NCBI GenBank assembly: GCA_003557645.1
Contig: PWNV01000004.1
Location: 1 to 32,258 of the forward strand
Length of the DNA: 32,258 bases
Source: Candidatus Nealsonbacteria bacterium
GTDB lineage: Bacteria > Patescibacteriota > Minisyncoccia > Minisyncoccales > PWPS01
Direction of reading: 5' to 3'
A program made the translations under genes and the position numbers. Shown in pieces: positions 1-7,911 of this stretch. The first letter of the stretch is position 1, and each line of letters opens with the position of its first letter. Under the pieces are notes generated by a model. The model had not been told where the DNA came from. It did not search any database and saw only the letters and a program-made list of their open reading frames with translations.

Positions 1-2
1 CG

Positions 3-422
3 GAAAGATTAGAGTATCATATAGGAACCCGGGCAAAAGCAAGGGCAGGATATCTACACGAACTAACTCCCAGCACCTACTTTGACATAGCATGGCAAAC
101 TCCCGTAAGAATCACCTACTTCTATTTCGCCCCCCTCCCATGGCAAGTGGAAACAAAAGAAGACGTTATGGGGGTAATAGACGCTTCACTTTACCTTATT
201 CTCATCATCTTCTCTGCTATTACTCTTAAAAAGCTAAAAAAGAAAGACAAAGCGCTCTTCATTTCATTGCTACTTATCCTCCTCGTCTTTTCCACCACCT
301 TCGCCTGGGGAACATCCAATTACGGAACATCTCTCCGTCACCGGCAAAAAATAGCCTTCGTCCTTATCATCACCGCTTCTTACTCTATCGCCGAAAGGAG
401 ATCTCTCAAAGAGGGGGCTTGA
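3..422 (+). CDS. Partial (5'-truncated) polytopic membrane protein, possibly glycan polymerase / GT-C-like
   Basis: Frame open from base 3 (ERLEYHIG...YFYFAPLPWQVE...) to TGA at 420-422; several hydrophobic segments; P-x-PW and N-x-GT-x-x-R-x-R motifs reminiscent of surface-glycan membrane proteins. Confidence 0.5.
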   Translation, partial: ERLEYHIGTRAKARAGYLHELTPSTYFDIAWQTPVRITYFYFAPLPWQVETKEDVMGVIDASLYLILIIFSAITLKKLKKKDKALFISLLLILLVFSTTFAWGTSNYGTSLRHRQKIAFVLIITASYSIAERRSLKEGA

Positions 423-447
423 CACATATTCATTATGAATATATACT
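419..447 (+). promoter_or_regulatory. Sigma70 promoter for DUF5320-DUF134
   Basis: TTGACA (419-424), 17 nt, TATACT (442-447). Confidence 0.8.
426..442. promoter_or_regulatory. Perfect palindromic operator candidate
   Basis: ATATTCAT-T-ATGAATAT (8-1-8) filling the promoter spacer. Confidence 0.6.
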
Positions 448-486
448 CATTATAGAAAGGTCGATTATAAACCAAAAAATAATACT

Positions 487-687
487 ATGCCAAGATTTGA
501 CGGAACTGGTCCTATGGGCTGTGGTCCCCTCACGGGAAGAGGCTTTGGCCCTTGCAATATGGGACGAAGAAGATTCTTCTCCAAGAAGAACGAACTTGCT
601 GCCTTAGAAGAAGAAGAAAGAATGCTTCAAGAAGAACTAGAAGCTATTCAAGAAGAGAAAAGAGCCCTTCAGGACCAGGCTAAATAA
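487..687 (+). CDS. DUF5320 family protein
   Basis: N-terminal MPRFDGTGPMGCGPLTGRGFGPC signature and C-terminal coiled coil. Confidence 0.85.
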   Translation: MPRFDGTGPMGCGPLTGRGFGPCNMGRRRFFSKKNELAALEEEERMLQEELEAIQEEKRALQDQAK

Positions 688-738
688 AAAGAAGGCACGG
701 GAGCCGGCCTCTTATAAAGGGGCCGCGTGACCTTCTTT
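688..738 (+). other. Extended bulged stem-loop between DUF5320 and DUF134
   Basis: AAAGAAGG/CCTTCTTT, CACG/CGTG and CGGCCTCTT/AAGGGGCCG pairings with a GGAGC bulge. Confidence 0.6.
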
Positions 739-768
739 CAACTTAAAGAGTAACACAAGAATAAAATC

Positions 769-1047
769 ATGCCAAGACCAAGACTTTGTCGGAGAGTAAG
801 GTTCCGGCCGAAAACAACCTATTTCAAACCCCGAGGAATACCGCTAAGAGAGCTTGAAACAATCACCCTAACTCCCGAAGAAATAGAAGCTTTAAGGCTT
901 AAAAACATAAAAAACCTCGACCAGAAAGAGTGTGCCAAGAAAATGGAAACTTCTCAGAGTACGTTTCAGCGAATCCTCTCTTCTGCTTATAAAAAAACAG
1001 CAAAAGCATTGACGGAAGGAAAAGCAATTGAAATAAGAGAAAATTAA
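769..1047 (+). CDS. DUF134 family predicted DNA-binding (HTH) protein
   Basis: MPRPRLCRRV..P...YFKPRGIP...EEIEALRL...QKECAKKMETSQSTFQRIL...GKAI pattern. Confidence 0.9.
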   Translation: MPRPRLCRRVRFRPKTTYFKPRGIPLRELETITLTPEEIEALRLKNIKNLDQKECAKKMETSQSTFQRILSSAYKKTAKALTEGKAIEIREN

Positions 1048-1075
1048 AGCCGCCCCTAGAAAAGGGGCGGTTTTT
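1046..1075. terminator. Bidirectional intrinsic terminator
   Basis: AAAGCCGCCCCT-AGAAA-AGGGGCGGTTTTT between convergent stop codons. Confidence 0.85.
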
Positions 1076-1118
1076 AAAAGGGATCTACCTCTCTCCAGTC
1101 ATCGGGAAGTGGTGGCCT
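1074..1118 (-). repeat. Conserved C-terminal tail, copy 1 (copy 2 at 32137-32181)
   Basis: 38/45 nt identical to 32137-32181; encodes RPPLPDDWREVDPF*. Confidence 0.9.
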
Positions 1119-2102
1119 TACCGTAATAATCTCCGTATCAGTACAGCTTAACCCGTCTTTTGTAACGGTTAAAGTTACTTCTTTTGGCCCTTCTATCTCA
1201 AAAACTACACTCAGGCTCGCTTCCGAGCTTTCTTCCGGATCTCCTCCTTCAAACGTCCAGCTTCTAGTATCAAAATCGCCTCCACTATCAGAGAAGATAA
1301 CTTCTTTATCTACAATCGGCTTAGAAGGCTCCCAAGTAAAGCTTGAATCCGGGTACTCGGGGAGCGTTTCAAACGTAGTGCTTACCCAGTCCGACCATAA
1401 TCCATGGTCATTTCTTGACCTTATCTCCCAAACATAACTACTACTGTAATCAAGATTAGTGTAAACATACCCTCCTTCAGAACTGGTAGTAAACTCATCG
1501 GCATTTATCTTCATCTCAGATCTACTATATCCTCCTCCAAAATCTTCGTAATCCCAGTTAAGCGTTACTTGCGGAGTGATCTCACAGTAGTCCGGTGGGT
1601 GAGACACGTCTAAATTCGAGACCACCGGTTTTGGATATGGATAATATCCAGCCATATCCCAACTCATCCATCCTAAAAATCCATCTCCAAAAGAATATCC
1701 AGAGAGAGATCCTTCGTCATACAAAATTCCGTAACCCTCCCCGCTAAGAGATATCCACTCCTCAGGATCTAGTACTTTTGCCCATCCGGTTATCTCTCCT
1801 TCCTCCATGTCAAATCTCGGTACACACGGCACCTCAGGACAACCTCCTACATCAGTAAAACTAATCCACCCAAGAGCATCAGACCAAGCTTTTCCACTTA
1901 TATACCCCTCATCATCAATCTCAACTCCGTAGTTAGAGCCACAAAAACTAATCCACCCTACATTATCGGACCAAGCAAAACCAAAGATACTGTCTTCCGA
2001 GCAGTCCGTGTTAACACTACCCACTCTGTTAAAACTAAAAAGAAAAATCCCCATAAAGATTAAAAAAGAGAGGATTAAGATTTCAGTTTTTTTCAAAAAC
2101 AT
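1074..2102 (-). CDS. Secreted protein: GxAWSxxxGWISF repeats, FN3-like and PKD domains, WREVDPF tail
   Basis: Likely start ATG at 2102 (MFLKK + hydrophobic stretch); four Trp/Gly repeats; FN3-like VTLNW...L..SSSY.WEIRSRN..GLWSDW; PKD-like SWTFEGG...KEVTLTVT. Confidence 0.75.
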   Translation of the reverse strand: MFLKKTEILILSFLIFMGIFLFSFNRVGSVNTDCSEDSIFGFAWSDNVGWISFCGSNYGVEIDDEGYISGKAWSDALGWISFTDVGGCPEVPCVPRFDMEEGEITGWAKVLDPEEWISLSGEGYGILYDEGSLSGYSFGDGFLGWMSWDMAGYYPYPKPVVSNLDVSHPPDYCEITPQVTLNWDYEDFGGGYSRSEMKINADEFTTSSEGGYVYTNLDYSSSYVWEIRSRNDHGLWSDWVSTTFETLPEYPDSSFTWEPSKPIVDKEVIFSDSGGDFDTRSWTFEGGDPEESSEASLSVVFEIEGPKEVTLTVTKDGLSCTDTEIITVRPPLPDDWREVDPF

Positions 2103-2110
2103 ATTTTTAT

Positions 2111-2368
2111 TTATAACTCCTCTTCCAGCTCCATCAAACAATCGATATTTATGAGCTGTACTTCTCCTTCGTCAGAGTAAATAAAGAAAGGCTCACAGTC
2201 TTCTTTAGCGTGCAGGATTATCTCGTTTACCGCTTGAGCATACCCTTGAACCCAGAAACTATTTAAAACTCTTGTTGAGATATCCCAGATTACGTAACTG
2301 GCAAGTAAAACGACAACAACAATTAACAGCGTGTTCTTTTGAAATATCTTCTTAAAATTACCAGACAT
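2111..2368 (-). CDS. Small single-TM hypothetical protein with two Cys
   Basis: ATG at 2368 follows a consensus promoter; N-terminal TM helix; G-Y-x-x-A...C-x-P...LIN.DCL. Confidence 0.7.
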   Translation of the reverse strand: MSGNFKKIFQKNTLLIVVVVLLASYVIWDISTRVLNSFWVQGYAQAVNEIILHAKEDCEPFFIYSDEGEVQLINIDCLMELEEEL

Positions 2369-2374
2369 ATCAAC

Positions 2375-2403
2375 ATTATAATAAAGCAAAGATTAAATGA
2401 CAA
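2375..2403 (-). promoter_or_regulatory. Sigma70 promoter, leaderless configuration
   Basis: TTGTCA, 17 nt, TATAAT, 6 nt, ATG(2368). Confidence 0.8.
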
Positions 2404-2413
2404 GTAATAAATG

Positions 2414-2497
2414 CGGAGGAGGTGGGATTCGAACCCACGTGAGCTTGCGCTCGCACGCTTTCCAAGCGTGTGGAATAGACCGCTATCCGACTCCTCC
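2414..2497 (-). tRNA. tRNA-Ser(GGA)
   Basis: Acceptor stem starting GGAGGAG, anticodon arm CACGC-TTGGAAA-GCGTG, long variable arm, GGTTCGAATCC T-arm, discriminator G; CCA not encoded. Confidence 0.97.
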
Positions 2498-3031
2498 CTA
2501 TGCGCTTGGAAGATTGGAAATGGCTTTCGAGAGAAACGGCCTCTTTCCCGCAAAGCGGTACTTTAAGAGACTAAGCACAGTGAGAACATCACCGACTTCT
2601 TCTCTTAGTGGCCCAGGACCAACAAAAACCTCACCTACTTCCTCAAGCAGTGTCCTCGCGTAATCGTTCATTATCTTCTCTCCGCCCTCCTTTTTTAAAT
2701 ACGTCATTATCTTTTTAAACTCCCCTCTATCAAGCCACACCCCCTGGCAAACGTTACAGACATCTACTTTTATTCCAGAATCACCATAATTTACTTCATA
2801 AAGCGGCATGATACAAGTCGGGCAGTGTTTCTTTTCTTTGGAAACACGAAAATCTTTCTCGTTTTTCCATAAATCAACATCCAGCCAATCCAACTTCTTT
2901 TCCTTCATATCTTTAGCTTGAAAAAACTCATCTTTTTCAAACCAAATACCCAAGCAAGTCGGGCAGTGATCAATCTCCGTGTTCTGAAAAACCGCCTTTT
3001 CTAATTTCTGCTCACAATTTGGACAATTCAT
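2498..3031 (-). CDS. Tandem zf-TFIIB-like zinc-ribbon protein
   Basis: Two modules: CPNC...IDHCPTCLGIWFEKDE and CPTC...VDVCNVCQGVWLDRGE. Confidence 0.85.
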   Translation of the reverse strand: MNCPNCEQKLEKAVFQNTEIDHCPTCLGIWFEKDEFFQAKDMKEKKLDWLDVDLWKNEKDFRVSKEKKHCPTCIMPLYEVNYGDSGIKVDVCNVCQGVWLDRGEFKKIMTYLKKEGGEKIMNDYARTLLEEVGEVFVGPGPLREEVGDVLTVLSLLKYRFAGKRPFLSKAISNLPSA

Positions 3032-3924
3032 ACATCTATTGATCTTAAGTTTTTAATACGCTCCTCTACCGGAGGATGAGTCATAAAAAGCTTTCTGATA
3101 CGACTCTTCGCCTCCTTCCCTCGAAAGGGACTAACAACATAAAGATGTGCTGTAGCGTCATTTGCTGCCTTGAGCTGGTGAGGATCACTGGAGATCTTCT
3201 CTAAAGCTCTGGCAAGTGCTTCTGGATATCGCGTAGTAAGTGCTGCTGTAGAATCAGCAAGATGTTCTCTTTTACGGGAAATAGCAAACTTCATCACTTG
3301 AGCTAAAACAGGGGCAAGGATGAGGAAAAGGAGAGCACCAGCTAAAACGGCGAGACCAACTCCTCCTTCTCTCTGTCTCATTCCTCCAAAAAACGCCATA
3401 CGGAAGAAGAAATCAGCAATAAGAACAACTACCCCTACCAGCACCACTACCACAGATTGAATAAGAATATCACGGTTTCCGATGTGAGCAAGCTCGTGCG
3501 CTATAACCGCCTCCAGTTCCACTCTTTCCAGCCTCTCTAAAAGCCCTGTGGTAACAGCAATAACACCGTGCTTAGGATCGCGCCCTGTGGCGAAGGCGTT
3601 GGGCTGTTTATCTTCTATCACAAAAAGACGAGGGACCGGAAGACCATTTGTAATCGCCAGATTCTCTGCAATACGATACAGCTCTGGATTGTCATCCTTT
3701 TTTATCGGCGTGGCCTTACTCATTCTCAAGATAATCTTGTCCGAGTACCAGTAAGAGCTAAAACTCATCACCACCGAAATCCCTACCGCCAAGTAGAGTA
3801 TCCACTGCCCTTCAAACACGTAACTTAAAACCCATCCCACGGCCATAATGAGAAGAAAAAATCCAAACAAATAAAGATACGTGCGAAAAATATTCTTTTC
3901 CGCTTCTCTGTATAGTGTTGCCAT
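3028..3924 (-). CDS. htpX: M48 zinc metalloprotease HtpX
   Basis: PNAFATG, HELAH, SRKRE..AD, F.THPP..ERI motifs; four TM segments. Confidence 0.95.
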   Translation of the reverse strand: MATLYREAEKNIFRTYLYLFGFFLLIMAVGWVLSYVFEGQWILYLAVGISVVMSFSSYWYSDKIILRMSKATPIKKDDNPELYRIAENLAITNGLPVPRLFVIEDKQPNAFATGRDPKHGVIAVTTGLLERLERVELEAVIAHELAHIGNRDILIQSVVVVLVGVVVLIADFFFRMAFFGGMRQREGGVGLAVLAGALLFLILAPVLAQVMKFAISRKREHLADSTAALTTRYPEALARALEKISSDPHQLKAANDATAHLYVVSPFRGKEAKSRIRKLFMTHPPVEERIKNLRSIDV

Positions 3925-3927
3925 GTT

Positions 3928-4494
3928 TTAGAAACTTACGTTTACAGGATCTCTTTCTTCTTTATTTTCTATTTCAAAGAAATCCTGCTTTTCAAATCCA
4001 AACATACCAGCGACAAGATTTACCGGGAACATCTCTACTTTAGTATTAATCTCTTTGACGTTGCGATTGTAGAATCTTCTGGAAGCCTGAATCTTGTCCT
4101 CGGTATCCCTAATCTCTTTTTGTAGTTCAATGAAATTTTCTGATGCCTTTAAATCGGGATAATTCTCTGAAACCGCAAAAAGACTCTTTAGTGCGCCCGC
4201 AAGTTGGTTTTCCGCTTCTCCCACTTTCTTGGGATCACCGGACTGCTCTGCGCTCATTGCACTCGCTCTCGCCTTGGTTACTCTTTCAAAAATCTCTCTT
4301 TCGTGAGTTGCATATCCTTTCACCGTCTCTACTAAGTTAGGGATAAGATCATATCTTCTCTTAAGCTGTACGTCTATATCTGCCCAAGCTTCCTTTACCC
4401 TGTTTCTTAAAGTTACAAGGCGGTTATAGGAAAAGACAAGCCAGAGAAGAAGTAAAACAATCAGTCCTATTAAAATATTAACTGGCGTAAACAT
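3928..4494 (-). CDS. lemA: LemA family protein
   Basis: YNRLV..RN.V.EAWADIDVQLKRRYDLIPNLVETVKGY; ENYPDLKA. Confidence 0.97.
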   Translation of the reverse strand: MFTPVNILIGLIVLLLLWLVFSYNRLVTLRNRVKEAWADIDVQLKRRYDLIPNLVETVKGYATHEREIFERVTKARASAMSAEQSGDPKKVGEAENQLAGALKSLFAVSENYPDLKASENFIELQKEIRDTEDKIQASRRFYNRNVKEINTKVEMFPVNLVAGMFGFEKQDFFEIENKEERDPVNVSF

Positions 4495-4525
4495 ATTTTT
4501 GTTAAATTACTTTATTACTTCTTAG

Positions 4526-4554
4526 ATTATAAATCACTTTCGCCATCCTTACAA
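4526..4554 (-). promoter_or_regulatory. Sigma70 promoter for lemA-htpX operon
   Basis: TTGTAA, 17 nt, TATAAT. Confidence 0.75.
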
Positions 4555-4593
4555 GAAAACCGCAAAGAAAACAAGTCCTTCGCGGTTTCTTGT
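4551..4593 (-). terminator. groEL intrinsic terminator
   Basis: Minus-strand stem AAACCGCGAAGGA...TTCTTTGCGGTTTT with G-U pairs and U-rich end. Confidence 0.7.
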
Positions 4594-4606
4594 CTTCTTT
4601 TTCTTT

Positions 4607-6537
<1,931 letters not shown>

Positions 6538-6571
6538 ATTAATTAATACTTTACTTTTAAAACGACCATTT

Positions 6572-6598
6572 TTAGCAGTTAACCTGCAAGAGTGCTAA
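6572..6598 (-). promoter_or_regulatory. CIRCE element (HrcA operator)
   Basis: TTAGCACTC-N9-AACTGCTAA versus consensus TTAGCACTC-N9-GAGTGCTAA, upstream of groES. Confidence 0.9.
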
Positions 6599-6602
6599 GT
6601 CC

Positions 6603-6631
6603 ATTATTACCTATCTTTTATTCTCTGTCAA
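6603..6631 (-). promoter_or_regulatory. groESL sigma70 promoter
   Basis: TTGACA, 17 nt, AATAAT, directly upstream of CIRCE; -35 lies inside the end of the preceding gene. Confidence 0.7.
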
Positions 6632-7261
6632 GTAGATAAAAAAAACAGGGCAGAACAACAGCTCTACCCTTCTTTCGATATAAATAATAAACAAAGAAAA
6701 AAATAATCCTTGATAAAAAAGAATCTTTTTATCTAGAGGAACAGGGTCAAGAAACGCTAATTGAAAAGAACTCTTTTTATGTTTAATGTCAATTTCAGGA
6801 CGACTAAAAGAACGCCTTTCTTTATCTGCAACAATCATTGCTACTTCGTTATTTTCTCTCTTCGTTGGCTTTTTTCCTTCATACTCTAACCATATATGCG
6901 TAGGAGAAAATACTGCCTTGTAAGGAATATCAAGGAACTCAAACACGGAAGCTAAAATAATAAATCTTGTTTTACAGTCCCCTTTTCCCATCAACAACGC
7001 CTCTTTTGTGCTAGGGAAGTACCAAGGCTTGCCGTAAGTTTTCCAGTCATGGCTGTAAGGAACAGCAGATTTAATAAAATTCTCAATCTCTGCGGGTTCC
7101 TCTGGAAGATCCTCAAAAAATCCTGCTACAGCAATCTCATCTACTGGAGAATTAAAAAGACGATAAACACTTTTCCCAAGGTCCAGTGGATTAGGATAAC
7201 AAACAAAGAACGTCCATAAAAATAAAAACCCAAAACCAAAAAAGAGACCTTTCTTTGTCAC
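6611..7261 (-). CDS. Membrane-anchored transglutaminase-like (Cys-His) protein
   Basis: Y..D...YG..WY..ST.E.L..GKGDCK...ILAS...HIWLEY; hydrophobic N- and C-terminal segments; GTG start. Confidence 0.7.
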   Translation of the reverse strand: MTKKGLFFGFGFLFLWTFFVCYPNPLDLGKSVYRLFNSPVDEIAVAGFFEDLPEEPAEIENFIKSAVPYSHDWKTYGKPWYFPSTKEALLMGKGDCKTRFIILASVFEFLDIPYKAVFSPTHIWLEYEGKKPTKRENNEVAMIVADKERRSFSRPEIDIKHKKSSFQLAFLDPVPLDKKILFYQGLFFSLFIIYIERRVELLFCPVFFIYLTENKR

Positions 7262-7269
7262 TGTTTATT

Positions 7270-7278
7270 ACCTCCTTT
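7270..7278 (-). promoter_or_regulatory. Strong Shine-Dalgarno sequence
   Basis: AAAGGAGGT, 8 nt before GTG at 7261. Confidence 0.8.
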
Positions 7279-7294
7279 CAAATGAACTGCTGAG

Positions 7295-7303
7295 ATTATA
7301 GCA
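7295..7303 (-). promoter_or_regulatory. Extended -10 promoter for the transglutaminase-like gene
   Basis: TGcTATAAT. Confidence 0.7.
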
Positions 7304-7311
7304 CAAAAACC

Positions 7312-7339
7312 TTGCAAAATCCACTATTTATGGTACACT
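7312..7339 (+). promoter_or_regulatory. Promoter for holin-like/secG operon, near-leaderless
   Basis: TTGCAA, 16 nt, TACACT with TG extension; ATG 9 nt downstream. Confidence 0.65.
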
Positions 7340-7348
7340 GCGGAAAGT

Positions 7349-7693
7349 ATGAATCTTCTCTCGCATATTGTCGCTGGAATAGTAGGGTTCTTCCTAGCAG
7401 AATGGCTCATAGAAGGCGTAACGATAGATCCCTCACAAATAATTATCTATGCAGGAGTGGTCTTGGGAATTCTTAACTTCTTTGTAAGGCCTGTCTTAAG
7501 GCTTCTTACTTTCCCTTTTCACATAATTACTCTCGGCCTCTCCTCATTTCTTTTAAACATTATTATTATCTGGTTCGTGCAGGCAATTTTTCTAGAGATA
7601 CGTATTGACGTTTTTCTCCCCTTGCTTTACACTACCATTATTATCTGGCTTTTGGAGTTTGCACTTCAATCCTTTGCTGAAAACAAAACATGA
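7349..7693 (+). CDS. Phage_holin_4_2 / YvlD-like 4-TM membrane protein
   Basis: VLGILNFFVRPVL.LLTFP..IITLGL...LLN motif. Confidence 0.85.
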   Translation: MNLLSHIVAGIVGFFLAEWLIEGVTIDPSQIIIYAGVVLGILNFFVRPVLRLLTFPFHIITLGLSSFLLNIIIIWFVQAIFLEIRIDVFLPLLYTTIIIWLLEFALQSFAENKT

Positions 7694-7905
7694 AAGAAAT
7701 ACTACCTTTTCTACAAATCATTATTTCTATACTTCTTATCACTGTAATTCTCCTCCAACAAGGAAGAGCGGCCATGGGATCTGCCTTTGGTCAAGGAGAG
7801 GGGTTTCACTCGGAAAAAAGAGGGATGGAGAAAACTCTTTACCTTGGGACTATTATTCTCGGGATAACTTTTGTTTCTCTTGCTGTCCTCAATCTCTTCC
7901 TGTAA
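7690..7905 (+). CDS. secG: Preprotein translocase subunit SecG
   Basis: Two TMs; ILLQ...GSAFG...RG.EK.L...T pattern. Confidence 0.9.
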   Translation: MKEILPFLQIIISILLITVILLQQGRAAMGSAFGQGEGFHSEKRGMEKTLYLGTIILGITFVSLAVLNLFL

Positions 7906-7911
7906 TAGAGT

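Noticed and set aside
419-607. ORF starting at TTG 419
   Set aside because: The TTG is the -35 box, and the ORF overlaps DUF5320 out of frame.
2414-2497. tRNA genes as integration sites of a genomic island
   Set aside because: No duplicated tRNA 3' end and no integrase was seen for either tRNA in the window.
2323-2663. ORFs 2323-2553(-) and 2397-2663(+)
   Set aside because: They overlap tRNA-Ser and the zinc-ribbon gene and have no recognisable motifs.
7349-7693. Holin-like gene as a prophage marker
   Set aside because: This YvlD-type family is commonly chromosomal; it overlaps secG and no phage genes are nearby.
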